Positions 1 through 10,021 of a stretch of 64,000 bases of DNA are shown piece after piece. How positions within the stretch are numbered: position 1 is the stretch's first letter; each line of letters starts with the position of its first letter. Location of the stretch: positions 288,001 through 352,000 of the forward strand of contig CAWBAT010000006.1 of the NCBI GenBank assembly GCA_963786955.1, in the 5' to 3' direction. The translations under genes were made by a program, and so were the position numbers. The notes under the pieces were generated by a model, which did no database searches, was not told where the DNA came from, and saw nothing but the letters and a program-made list of their open reading frames with translations. Origin of the DNA: an uncultured Acidimicrobiia bacterium. Lineage in GTDB: Bacteria; Acidobacteriota; Terriglobia; Versatilivoradales; Versatilivoraceae.

Positions 1-1091
1 ACCGCTCGGTTTATCAACGAATGGGGGAAATTTTTGGGGAGACCCGCGTCTATGAACAATACCTTGGGGGAGGAAAACTTTGTGAAGACGTTGCGGTTTA
101 CTTAAGCACGGAATCCAAATTCGATTTTGCCGACAACGGAAAAGCGCCTGATGACCCCAAACTCTCCCCACGTTTACCCCACGTGGATGCAGCGCTCGGC
201 GCCGTAAGAGCTCTGATCGACCAGCACATCCCTTATGGGGTGATCACGAAAAAGAATTTAGGAAGTCTGGCCCGTTACAAGATTCTCATTCTACCCAATG
301 TCTTGATGATGGATCTCGAGGAAGTGGAGGCGATTCGCAACTACGTAAGATCCGGGGGGAGCCTTTACGCCAGCAAGTATACTTCTCTCACGACTAAAGA
401 CGGCAGGAGACAAAAAGATTTTCTCTTGGCAGACGTGTTTGGATGTTCTTTTGTCGGAGAAACAGAAGAGAGCAAAACCTTCATCTCGCCATCGCCGGGG
501 AAAGCGGCCGATTTGTTTGGTGGCTATACGTCCAAATATCCCGCCATGCTGGACGATGCCCAGCTCATTGTGAAAAGCACTGGGACGAGCCAGGTTCTCG
601 CCACGTTGGTCCTCCCTTACACCAATCCCTCGGATACTTCGAAATTCGCCTCGATTCATAGCAACCCTCCTGGTATCCCGACCCACCACCCTGCAGTCCT
701 CATGAACCAGTTCGGTAAAGGAAAAGTGATTTATGCGACAGGGGACATCGAAAACAACGAGATTGCCAGGGAAATTTTTATCCAATTACTGAAGCAGCTC
801 TTCGATCGCTTTAAAGTTGAGGCAAATGCACCGGTCTCGGTCGAGGTGACTACTTTTGATCAGCCCGACAAGAAACGCTATCTGATCAGTTTGATCAATT
901 TCCAGAAAGATTTGCCCAATATTCCGGTCGACAATATTAAACTGCGCGTCCGACTTGACGGCAAAGTGGCCAAACGCCTATTGCTTCTGCCCGAAGAGAA
1001 ACCTTTACCTTATGAGAAAAATCTCGACGTCGTGGAATTATCAGTGCCCCGATTGGAAACATTTCATATGCTTTCTCTCGAATACATGTGA
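1..1091 (+). CDS. Glycoside hydrolase C-terminal part (GH42-type beta-galactosidase trimerization / GATase-like domain), probably 5'-truncated by the window
   Basis: Pattern 'YKILILPNV...AIRNYVRSGGSLYAS' and 'NQFGKGKVIY' is typical of trimerization domains; ORF starts at the window edge. Confidence 0.65.
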   Translation, partial: RSVYQRMGEIFGETRVYEQYLGGGKLCEDVAVYLSTESKFDFADNGKAPDDPKLSPRLPHVDAALGAVRALIDQHIPYGVITKKNLGSLARYKILILPNVLMMDLEEVEAIRNYVRSGGSLYASKYTSLTTKDGRRQKDFLLADVFGCSFVGETEESKTFISPSPGKAADLFGGYTSKYPAMLDDAQLIVKSTGTSQVLATLVLPYTNPSDTSKFASIHSNPPGIPTHHPAVLMNQFGKGKVIYATGDIENNEIAREIFIQLLKQLFDRFKVEANAPVSVEVTTFDQPDKKRYLISLINFQKDLPNIPVDNIKLRVRLDGKVAKRLLLLPEEKPLPYEKNLDVVELSVPRLETFHMLSLEYM

Positions 1092-1236
1092 ACATCCCAA
1101 TACCGACCTCCACGAGCCTAAGTCCCGGAGGCACTGAAGGGAACTTACTCTACCCTGCCAAAGCACGGAACTCGTTTTGCTGCAAAAACATTCAAACATA
1201 AAGACTTGACACCTCACTCTTTGGAAAGGATCTTCA

Positions 1237-1983
1237 ATGCCAAAACCGCTTCTCACAAAAGAACAACTCAGCATCCTGCAGCAAGTGGATTCACCCACGA
1301 TTGCCAACGTGATTGAACTCTTTGACATTCGATCCCGAGTCGCAGGGTATGCAAATCAATCGATCAAAGCCGTCTATCCTGAGCTTCCGCCTGCCGTGGG
1401 TTACGCCGTCACAGCGACATTTCGCTCTGCTTACCCGGCTGAAGGGGGTGATTCCTATGGGGGCCTGCCCCAGCTCGTTGAGGACTCCATGCGAATTGCG
1501 GAACCACGAATTGTTGTTTTCCAGGATTTGGATGAACCTCCGAGTGCTGCTACCTATGGCGAGGTGATGGCCACCACCTTTCAGAGTTTCGGCTTTGCGG
1601 GACTGATTACGAGCGGAGCAGCCCGAGATATTGAACAAGTGAGAAAAATGCGCTTCCCCTGCTGGGCTTCGTCCGTCAATGTTTCCCATGGATACTGTCA
1701 TTTCCTCTCCAGCAATGTACCGGTCATCGTCGGTGGGTTGCAAATTAAACCCGGTGATCTTTTGCATGCTGACGCAAATGGGATTGTGAATATTCCGCAT
1801 TCTATAGCGGAAGTAGTTGTCGAACTCTGTCATCCTTTCATGGAAGCTGAGCAGGTCGTAATCGATTACCTCCGCTCAGGCAACGCAACCCCAAAAGGAT
1901 TTCGTCAATTAATTGATTCCATGTCTAAGAGCTTCGGCGAATTGAGGGAGAGAGCCCAGCGAGTTAAGAAAGCCACGTCGTAA
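1237..1983 (+). CDS. RraA family protein (HMG aldolase-like)
   Basis: DSPTIAN, GYAVT, GLITSGAARD and IKPGDLLHADANG motifs. Confidence 0.85.
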   Translation: MPKPLLTKEQLSILQQVDSPTIANVIELFDIRSRVAGYANQSIKAVYPELPPAVGYAVTATFRSAYPAEGGDSYGGLPQLVEDSMRIAEPRIVVFQDLDEPPSAATYGEVMATTFQSFGFAGLITSGAARDIEQVRKMRFPCWASSVNVSHGYCHFLSSNVPVIVGGLQIKPGDLLHADANGIVNIPHSIAEVVVELCHPFMEAEQVVIDYLRSGNATPKGFRQLIDSMSKSFGELRERAQRVKKATS

Positions 1984-2085
1984 GACAATCAACAGGGGAA
2001 AACTATGGGAAGTCATTTTCTATGGGGTCGTGGAAAAGGTATTCCACTACCCGGCAACCGAGATCAATGTTGACAACATAAGAGG

Positions 2086-4653
2086 TTGATTTCCCGGATG
2101 AAGAAATTTAATGGATGGCTATGTTTTGCTGCTATTATCCTTGCCACCTCGTGGACATACTTTCTTCCACTCTTGTTAAAGGCTGATTTTCGAGCCCCGG
2201 TTGTGTTTTTTTTCGTTAATAAGCTCCTCCCTTTATTATTATTTCATATCGCTGTACTCCTTTTCCTAAATCTGCTGTTAAAGGCAAAAGCCAAGGCAAG
2301 TTTCCTCTTTTGGGGATTATCCCTTGTTGCTCTACTTGCCGCAGGAGGAGCACTGCGCTTGTCTGCATTTTTGGCAGTCACGCTGCTTGCCCTGACCTTT
2401 ATTATCTTGGGGCGGGTGGTCGCGACTAAGATCCTCCCAGAAGAAGCTCAAGGATGGGGACCTTCTTTAGGAATAGGGATTCTCATCGTCTCGATTCTTT
2501 CCTCGTTCTTGGCTTCCTTTCATCTTTTCAAAGGCTGGGTCCTGGGACCCGTGTTGCTCTTATTCCTGTTATTGATTTTCGCATTTCGACTACAGCCTCT
2601 TTCCCTCGCAACTTTCCGAGCCGGATGGAAAAACCTCTCCCAAAGTTGGACTCTCGCAACGGCATTGGCCCTTGAGGGAGCATTTCTGTTGGCCTCATTC
2701 ATTTATGTAACTGCAGCAGCACCTGAAATGACTTACGACGGAATTCGATTTTACGTCGCTTATATCAACCTCCTGAAGGCAAACTCTGGTTTTTTTAGTA
2801 TTCCTGAGCAGTGGTACTACATTGTCCCTCGGGCTGGACTCAGTTATGCCGGAACATTGATGATTCTGGGTGGGCAAATGGCCGCACGTTGGTCCATGTT
2901 TCTCGCCTGGCTGGCTCTGATTGGTATCGCCTGTCGAGGGCAAGTGAATGCACTGGGAAGCAATTTGGCCTTGGTTCTGGTGATGTCCTCTTGTCCAATA
3001 TATATTTGGTTCACTTCTTCACTGATGCAAGATACCTTTGTTTGTCTTGTCGTCGTTGGGCTCGCCCTTATCTGCATTGAAGGGAAAGATCCCGGTTCCA
3101 ATGGTTTTTGGGCTGCAGTGGGGGGCTCAATGGGCCTGGCCTGGTCTACGAAATATTCCATTTTGGCTTACGCTGCTCCGCTGGGCATCATCGCCCTAGT
3201 TAGAGCCGCGAAGCGATCGCGCTTGAAGCAGATGCTCATTGGAATGTCGGTCGCCCTAGCCAGCGCTCTCCTGGTCGCCGTCCCGTGGCTTTACAATACT
3301 TTTCGTAGCAGTGGTAATCCTTTCTTCCCTTATTTGGGCAAGTATTTTTCTTCCCCGCTGTGGCCAAATGCATCGCCGGATATTCTGGGGGACTTCACCA
3401 AATACCAGTTGCCAGGGGGATCTTGGCAGTTCCTGCGCTGGCCGATTGATTTTACTTACGGAGGCGATTTTGGTGTTTACTTTGGCGGCCTTGGATTATG
3501 CCTGGTCGTTTTGCTTGTTTTCGCCATTCCTGCCTTGCAGAACAGTAGCAGCGCCACCAAGGCATTTGCAATTTCTGGAATTCTGGGAACATTGTTGATT
3601 TGGAGGGTCACGGCCTATATCCGTTATTGGATTCCCGGTCTATGGCTATTCACCATGGCTTTGGTCCCTGGAATGGAAAGGATCGCTCGAACACGCCGTG
3701 AACAAGTCGGGGTCTGCTTGGTTGCACTCTTGCTGACTATTTCTCATCTACCTTTTCGGATGATTATCGCTTGGCATGAGCCCAAAGGATTTCCTTGGGA
3801 CTTGTACACAGGAAAGATAACGGAAGCTGCTTATGTTAGCCGGGAGTACCCTGCATTTTCAAAGATTCACAAGTTGCAGGAGTTCCGGGAGGACCTACCC
3901 AGGGTCTGGTTCACAGGTTATGAAGCAACTGGCCTTCTTCCCGTTGTCCCGCTGGAAGCCAGTATCTGGGAATTTAGGATGCATGGAGTTGAAGATACCC
4001 GCTCGATCATCAACTACCTGGGTTCGGTTGGTGCAAAGTACTGGATCATTAATCATAATTGGATTGAGACCCGATGGTTCAAGGATACATTCATTCCAAA
4101 GATTTACTGGTCCGAACAGCAACTTGTTGCATCCCAAGGCCCCATTGCGATTTATCGGATGAAGACAGCCTCTGAAGCTCTTTCGGAATTTGACAAGAGA
4201 AGCTTCCCCGGAACAGACCTTTTGTTTAATACAGGATTTGAAAAGGGCACAGCCAAAGCTCTCGCCGAATGGCGAACCATGGGAACTCCTCAATGGAAAT
4301 TCGGTGTGAAGGATGCACATTCGGGAGAAGGCTATATCCAGGTCAACTTTAAATCTTTTTTCTGGCAGAGGACATCCGTCCCGGTTGGCGTAAAGAATCT
4401 TGAGCTGACCCAATGGGTGAAAGCCACACAACCCGGCATTCCAGTTCTGGTGCGGCTACATCTGAGCTGGGAAGATCAGAAATGGAGGCCACTTTCAAGT
4501 CAGATTGAAGTCGTTCCAGCAGAAGATTCTTGGACTGAATATCGAATGAAAGCTGCAGTGCCTTCAGGAGCTGCGTATGCGGTTGTCTATTTATGCAGCC
4601 ACATTTGTTGTAATGATTTGGATTTCGATGAGGTACATCTCTACTCTCGTTAG
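2086..4653 (+). CDS. Polytopic membrane protein, GT-C/ArnT-like glycosyltransferase with a C-terminal carbohydrate-binding-like domain
   Basis: Many TM helices; loop 'PEMTYDGIRFY'; 'GNPFFPY'; C-terminal NTGFE...W...AHSG jelly-roll pattern. Confidence 0.6.
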   Translation: MISRMKKFNGWLCFAAIILATSWTYFLPLLLKADFRAPVVFFFVNKLLPLLLFHIAVLLFLNLLLKAKAKASFLFWGLSLVALLAAGGALRLSAFLAVTLLALTFIILGRVVATKILPEEAQGWGPSLGIGILIVSILSSFLASFHLFKGWVLGPVLLLFLLLIFAFRLQPLSLATFRAGWKNLSQSWTLATALALEGAFLLASFIYVTAAAPEMTYDGIRFYVAYINLLKANSGFFSIPEQWYYIVPRAGLSYAGTLMILGGQMAARWSMFLAWLALIGIACRGQVNALGSNLALVLVMSSCPIYIWFTSSLMQDTFVCLVVVGLALICIEGKDPGSNGFWAAVGGSMGLAWSTKYSILAYAAPLGIIALVRAAKRSRLKQMLIGMSVALASALLVAVPWLYNTFRSSGNPFFPYLGKYFSSPLWPNASPDILGDFTKYQLPGGSWQFLRWPIDFTYGGDFGVYFGGLGLCLVVLLVFAIPALQNSSSATKAFAISGILGTLLIWRVTAYIRYWIPGLWLFTMALVPGMERIARTRREQVGVCLVALLLTISHLPFRMIIAWHEPKGFPWDLYTGKITEAAYVSREYPAFSKIHKLQEFREDLPRVWFTGYEATGLLPVVPLEASIWEFRMHGVEDTRSIINYLGSVGAKYWIINHNWIETRWFKDTFIPKIYWSEQQLVASQGPIAIYRMKTASEALSEFDKRSFPGTDLLFNTGFEKGTAKALAEWRTMGTPQWKFGVKDAHSGEGYIQVNFKSFFWQRTSVPVGVKNLELTQWVKATQPGIPVLVRLHLSWEDQKWRPLSSQIEVVPAEDSWTEYRMKAAVPSGAAYAVVYLCSHICCNDLDFDEVHLYSR

Positions 4654-4679
4654 CTGATTTGATTTCCGAATCCATAAGT

Positions 4680-5940
4680 TTAAGACTTATGGGAAATTTT
4701 CAACTCATTGGTTTTTTTGATCAATGCACGTCTGGCTTCGACCCCATTGCGGTACCCAATCTGTTCTAGTCTCTTGAGGCTCACGTGGGCGCCTTCGTTC
4801 ATCGTTCCACAACCAAACCACCAGACTCCGTCTGGCTGAAATTGGAGAATATCCTCCAAGTCATACTGCCAGCTCTGTTCTAAAGTGATGGGGAGGGGCC
4901 AGGGCATCCCCCAGGTCATCACACCGCGCGGCAGATAATAGACCTTTAATCCCTTCTTTCTTGGGCTGATCGAGACAAAAATCCATCATGGCATAACGAT
5001 GATCCCACTTTTCGTACTCGTAGGTAACTCCCGCCCAAGCGGGAAATTGCGCGTGAAATTGTTTGAGATCCACTTCCTGACCGGCTGCATAGGTTTTTCT
5101 GCCCGTCTCACAGATCATTGCCAATTCACCCCGAAATCCTTTCGCTCGGGTCGCTTCTTCAACAACTCGAAGGATTCGCAATCGAGAATAGTCGTATACT
5201 CGCGCCAAAACGAAACATCGAATGTTCTCGGATCAAAAGGATGACCCAACTGCCTAAAAGGTGGATACCCTTTTTCTTTTGCCCACGCTTCATAAAGTGG
5301 AATCCGCTGTTCGACCTCCACTCCGGCGCCTTCCAGTTCAACACAAATCCCGCCAATACCAGGAAACTGCTCGACCATTTCCTCAAACATCTGCACGATG
5401 CGCTCGAGTAGTTCTGGCGTATCTGTATCGAAGATCCCCACTTGAAACGGCAATGAAAAACCACTCATCCGAGTGATAGTGCGGTATGGTTTCGACTGGA
5501 ACTTCCTGACATCGAAATATGTCGCAACAGCCCCCAGCCAGACCTTGATGCTCCGCTTGTTTGCTTCCTCAATGACAAAGCGAACGAGTTCATTATCCGA
5601 TGCAATGTTCAGATTCTCAGGGGTCTGGTCGAGAAAATCCAAGTCGAGAGCGATAACCTGTCGTGAGCCACTTCACGAAGATCATCAGAGAATTCATCCC
5701 CGCCTGAGCCATATCGTCAAGAAGCGACAAGTAATCACTCTTCTCAAAGGCCTCCATTCCACCTGTCCCGGGCGTGGTGTAATCCCAAAAACCCAATTCC
5801 TTGAGAAAGGGTTTCCCCACGCGTTCATCCTCTCTCGTTTCAGCGGAGAGTGGGAATAGGTTGACTGCTGCACCGACTGTCGAGGCAGCAAGTAACTGGC
5901 GGCGCGTCAGACGATTCGTAGAACCCCAAAATGATGCCAC
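4680..5940 (-). CDS. Tat-exported glycoside hydrolase-like TIM-barrel protein, split by about 3 frameshifts
   Basis: Tat motif 'LTRRQLLAA'; ORFs 5617-5940, 5115-5642, 4861-5208 and 4680-4922 overlap and read as one protein. Confidence 0.55.
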
Positions 5941-5959
5941 TTAGTTCTCCTTAAAATAC

Positions 5960-6133
5960 ACGACAGGCGTGGACGCCTGTCGCCACACAAGGCAGTAGCA
6001 ACAGGCCTCCTGGCCTGTTGTCCGGGGCCAGCGGCCCCGGCTAGAACCGATCTTTACAATACTGCACGACCGGCTCTGTAGCTGGCCTCGCTGAGGCCGG
6101 CACATGTCCGGGGCCAACGGCCCCGGCTACAAC
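5960..6133. repeat. Cluster of GTAG-hairpin REP-like elements (types A, B, C)
   Basis: GTAGCAACAGGCCTCCTGGCCTGTTG, ACGACAGGCGTGGACGCCTGTCG and CCGGGGCCARCGGCCCCGGCTA; same units recur at 15548-15671 and 25567-25690. Confidence 0.85.
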
Positions 6134-6158
6134 ATAATCACTCCACAGGAGTCCACAC

Positions 6159-6828
6159 TCACCGCACCATGAAGACCAGAAAATACTGATAGGGCAGGAA
6201 GGTATGCTCCTGGACGAGGCGAAAGCCGGAAGACTCCATCTGTTGAATGAGATCTTCGCGAGCAATCTTCATATCCACCGGTGGACCTACGGGAAGTTCC
6301 CTCTTCTGAAAATCGATCATGATGATTTGCCCACCTGCTCGCAGCGCTTTTCTCAATCGCGCAAGATATTGAGGGCGATTTTCGATATGATGCCAGGTAT
6401 CGCAGATAAAGATCCGATCCACAGAGGCGTCCGGCAGGCGAGGATCGTCCGCAGCTGCTTAGGACGGTCGTCACATTCCTGGCGTTTGTTTCCTGGAACC
6501 GTCGATTCATGTAGTCGATCATGTCCTGACTCACATCTACTGCGTAGACTTTTCCAGACTCCTTTAATGCATTCGAGAAACGGATGGTAAAATAGCCCGA
6601 GCCTGCCCCGATATCCGCAACCACTTCCCCTGGCTTTAAGGCAAGAGCATCCAGTACATCGTTTGGTTTCTGATAATTTTCCCGATTGGGGTCCTCCAGC
6701 GCAGCAATGTAGGCCTTGGGATCATCATGCAGGGCATGCATCGCATGCTGGTCGGGCTTGACCGGGTTCTGTGCAAAAACCCCAAAAGGAATAAGCAATA
6801 GAAATAGGGTTTTTCGCAAAAAGTGCAT
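6159..6828 (-). CDS. Class I SAM-dependent methyltransferase with signal peptide (one frameshift near 6460)
   Basis: VADIGAGSGYF motif I; continues into the 6159-6422 ORF (DRIFICDTWHHI). Confidence 0.85.
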
Positions 6829-7036
6829 TGATCAATCTCCTTTTAAATATGATTCCTTTTATCGAATTCAACAAGTATCCGCACTCAGACCGTAAAATGA
6901 AGGAACCAATACTAATGCATTAAATTGGCGTCGCCATCTCGCTTGGGTAGCCACGCTGAGTCCGCGGCGGCGAACGAGGCGTGGGTGAGTCGTAACAATA
7001 CATCATGCGTTTGTATTAGAGTATCTTCCATCCCGG

Positions 7037-8056
7037 CTAGGCCGTCGTTCCGCCGCAACTGCTACCCGAACCAGCCGTACAACCAAAACAATGAGAGGCA
7101 AACCGGATCTTACGCTTGAGGAGAGCGTTCAAATTAAAATTAAACACCGTCATCGGTTCCCCATTGAAAACCTGCATTTCCAGCATCTGGTTGAAATCGC
7201 AATCATAGAGCTTCCCGTCATGGCCAACACTGATGAGCGAACGACACATGAGGCCCTCTGCGGCGTGAGGATTGAAGGCATTGACAAGTTTAGTCATGTA
7301 ATCATCAAATGCTCCCAACTGATCGAGTTGCGTTGCAAAGCGATTGATCGGCATATTCGTGATGGTATAAAGGTGATTAAAAAATAGCCCATAGTCCGCA
7401 TAAAGCCTCCGCTTGAAATCAGCTTCCAGGCCAGGTTGAGAGGCCGGTAAAAAAGCTCCCACCGGGTTATACACCAGGTTCAAGACACGGGAATTCCCTT
7501 CCCTGCCGTAGCCTTCGGCGTTCAAGAGCCGTATGGACTCGATACTTTTTTGGAAGACTCCGGTCCCCCGTTGTTTATCCGTGAAATACGAGTCATAGTA
7601 AGGCAATGAGGCGATGACCTCCACTTCGTTGTCCGCAAAAAACCTTGGAAGATAAGCTTTGGATTCTCCGGTCACCGGATTGCCATCCAACGAAACAGTG
7701 AGGTTATGCCTTACGATCACGTGCTTGTTCAACTTGTGCGCAGCCGCAACAAAGGAATCAAAATAGGGATTCAGTTCGGGAGCACCTCCCGTAATATCAA
7801 GGTTTTCGATCTCATCCAACTCAAGAATTCTTAAACAGCGCTCCATGACAGGCCAATTCATTTGCTCGGTTCGTTGGGGAGAGGCATCCACATGGCAATG
7901 ACGGCAGGCCTGATTGCACAGCTTCGTGATATTGGCCTGCAGAGTCCCGAGGGACAAGGGCTGGAGAGTGAGCGCGTGCTCCTGCAAAACCTGCTGGAAA
8001 CTGTATTTTCCATGATTGTCCGTCTCGAAAACCTGAAATTGGACTGAATTCTTCAT
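7037..8056 (-). CDS. arsS: Arsenosugar biosynthesis radical SAM protein (ArsS family, C-terminal DUF3641)
   Basis: CNQACRHC, DITGGAPELNP, NLVYNPVGAFLP, YDCDFNQML, C-terminal HCFGCTAGSGSSCGG. Confidence 0.9.
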   Translation of the reverse strand: MKNSVQFQVFETDNHGKYSFQQVLQEHALTLQPLSLGTLQANITKLCNQACRHCHVDASPQRTEQMNWPVMERCLRILELDEIENLDITGGAPELNPYFDSFVAAAHKLNKHVIVRHNLTVSLDGNPVTGESKAYLPRFFADNEVEVIASLPYYDSYFTDKQRGTGVFQKSIESIRLLNAEGYGREGNSRVLNLVYNPVGAFLPASQPGLEADFKRRLYADYGLFFNHLYTITNMPINRFATQLDQLGAFDDYMTKLVNAFNPHAAEGLMCRSLISVGHDGKLYDCDFNQMLEMQVFNGEPMTVFNFNLNALLKRKIRFASHCFGCTAGSGSSCGGTTA

Positions 8057-8058
8057 CC

Positions 8059-8391
8059 CTATCCGCCCAAACGCTCAAGAGTATTATGCATCTGAACACC
8101 ATGGACTAGAGTCATCCCCGCCTCCATCGCAGCAGCCACGTGAACGGCTTCCGTCATTTGTTCCGGACTAGCTCCAGATTCAAGGCATTGTATGGTATAG
8201 GCATCAATACAATAAGGGCACTGCCGCGAATGGGCGACGGCAAGAGCGATTAAAGATTTCTCTCGTCGGCTGAGGCTGCCATCTTCACCGGTCACTTTGT
8301 TGTAGTAAGAAAAGAATGCGTCCATGAGCTCTTTCCGAAACTTCCCGAATTCAGAAAATCGTTTGAGATCATCGGACTCGTAATAATGCAT
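8059..8391 (-). CDS. Arsenosugar biosynthesis-associated peroxidase-like protein (CMD/AhpD family)
   Basis: LSRREKSLIALAVAH..QCPYCIDAY; lies 2 bp upstream of arsS. Confidence 0.85.
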   Translation of the reverse strand: MHYYESDDLKRFSEFGKFRKELMDAFFSYYNKVTGEDGSLSRREKSLIALAVAHSRQCPYCIDAYTIQCLESGASPEQMTEAVHVAAAMEAGMTLVHGVQMHNTLERLGG

Positions 8392-8506
8392 GATTTCTCC
8401 TTTATTCGTTAAGTCTCGAATCTTCGACTGACCGGAAACTGAACTGGTCTGCGAAGAAAAGTCAAAAAACGATTCTCTTAATAAAACACTAGAAAACTAT
8501 GGCCTA

Positions 8507-8678
8507 CCGTAATGCGTTAGTTACGGGGGGAAATCTGTAAGGGCAAGGCCTTCGGTGACGATTTGAGATTGTCGCTTCTGTAGTGGCTGAGTGGGTAGGG
8601 ACGGACCGCCGGGCCGTCCGCGGCGCGCTCGGCGAGCGCGCCCTACCAGAAATTCCCCCGATAACTAACGCATAACGG
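8507..8678. mobile_element. MITE-like element, about 38-bp imperfect terminal inverted repeats, CCTA flanking duplication, internal GTAG hairpins
   Basis: Left CCGTAATGCGTTAGTTACGGGGGGAAATCTG; reverse complement of right end CCGTTATGCGTTAGTTATCGGGGGAATTTCTG; CCTA at 8503-8506 and 8679-8682. Confidence 0.7.
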
Positions 8679-8910
8679 CCTACCTTCAACGCTCATCTTA
8701 GCGCAGAACCCCTTCTCACCGCTAGAAGCTGTTCCCGGAGAATTAGCAATGGGCTTGACAATATCGTTCCTCGGCAGATCTTTCAATTGGATAGGATATC
8801 CTTTCATTTGTAGTTGTCCAAGACTCCCTTTCCGCCGCCGGTGCAGGAGCTAAACAAGCGCTAGACAGCGGCAATCATTCGAGACGGGAAAATGGGAATC
8901 CCTGACGCCT

Positions 8911-9018
8911 AGGGAAGGCGTGAAGAAATTGTAGCGGCGCTCTACGAGCGCCGACCAAGCCGCTGATATGAAAGAAATCCGGCGGTCACAGACCGCAGCT
9001 ACAATTATTTCACCTTTA
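8911..9018. repeat. REP doublet with AGG(Y)GTGAA terminal inverted repeats
   Basis: AGGCGTGAAGAAATTGTAGC ... GCTACAATTATTTCACCT enclosing two hairpins. Confidence 0.6.
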
Positions 9019-9261
9019 GGGCTTTGGGGGTTGTTTTCGATTGTTCATTTTCCTCAGAAGTGGTACTTATTGGGCTGCAATCCCTGGGTTATCAGTCAAC
9101 AATCGCTTCATTCCCGATTGGCAATTCTAAGCAACGACGAAACCGTTGTCGGCTGCAGCTATTGACTTTGTCTTGGAGCTGAGCGGGCCGTTGTTTCCGA
9201 AACGCTACCGGCAGCACTCAGTCAACTAACAAACCAACTCAATTCAATTAAGGAGAAATAG

Positions 9262-9888
9262 ATGAACAAATACATCATGGAATTGATCGGGACTTTTTTT
9301 CTGGTCCTTACAATCGGACTAACGGTTATTGGAGGCGGGGGTGGAGTTATCCCGCCCCTGGCGATTGGCTCGGTACTTATGGCAATGGTCTTTGCGGGTG
9401 GCCACATCTCGGGAGGCCACTACAACCCTGCTGTAACATTGGCGGTATGGATTCGTGGGAGATGTGCAACTAAAGATGTCGTGCCATACTGGGCGGTTCA
9501 AATTATTGGAGCAGCGGCCGCTGCCGGAGTCGTCAAAATGCTCAGAGCTGGAGTTGCCGTCACACCGATGAACCCCGACGTGGCCCCGGCATTGATTGCG
9601 GAGTTTATCTTTACTTTTGCTCTGGCTTTCGTCGTGGTGAGTACCGCCACTGCCAAAGGCAATGCGGGAAATTCATTCTATGGACTGGCCATTGGCTTCA
9701 TCGTGCTCGCCGGCGCTTTTTCGGTCGGCAACATATCAGGCGGGGCCTTTAATCCGGCAGTGGCGATTGGTATTATAGCCATGGGCATCGTCGGCGGGGG
9801 AAGCCTCTGGATCTATCTGGTTGCGAATCTACTCGGCGGTGCCGCTGCGGGACTCGTTTTTAAATCACTCTGCCCCGATGACAAGTAA
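9262..9888 (+). CDS. Aquaporin / MIP family channel
   Basis: SGGHYNPAVT and GGAFNPAVA motifs; about 6 TM helices; RBS AAGGAG. Confidence 0.93.
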   Translation: MNKYIMELIGTFFLVLTIGLTVIGGGGGVIPPLAIGSVLMAMVFAGGHISGGHYNPAVTLAVWIRGRCATKDVVPYWAVQIIGAAAAAGVVKMLRAGVAVTPMNPDVAPALIAEFIFTFALAFVVVSTATAKGNAGNSFYGLAIGFIVLAGAFSVGNISGGAFNPAVAIGIIAMGIVGGGSLWIYLVANLLGGAAAGLVFKSLCPDDK

Positions 9889-10021
9889 ATAATTATCCAA
9901 CGAGAGAAAACCACGGAGAACAAAGGAATAGGATTTCCGGTCTGTAATTTGCGGTCCGCGCTTCGGACCTTTGAAGGCTGGAGAGAATACTCTTGGGCTC
10001 CGTGGTTCCATGTCTTGACTC

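Noticed and set aside
5960-6133. Palindromic repeats as a CRISPR array
   Set aside because: Mixed unit types and orientations, no regular spacers, no cas genes
7037-7070. Selenocysteine in the ArsS C-terminal GSSxGG motif
   Set aside because: The codon is TGC (Cys); there is no in-frame TGA
9060-9261. Possible riboswitch upstream of the aquaporin
   Set aside because: Local hairpins only; no aptamer consensus that I recognise (an Rfam cmscan would decide)
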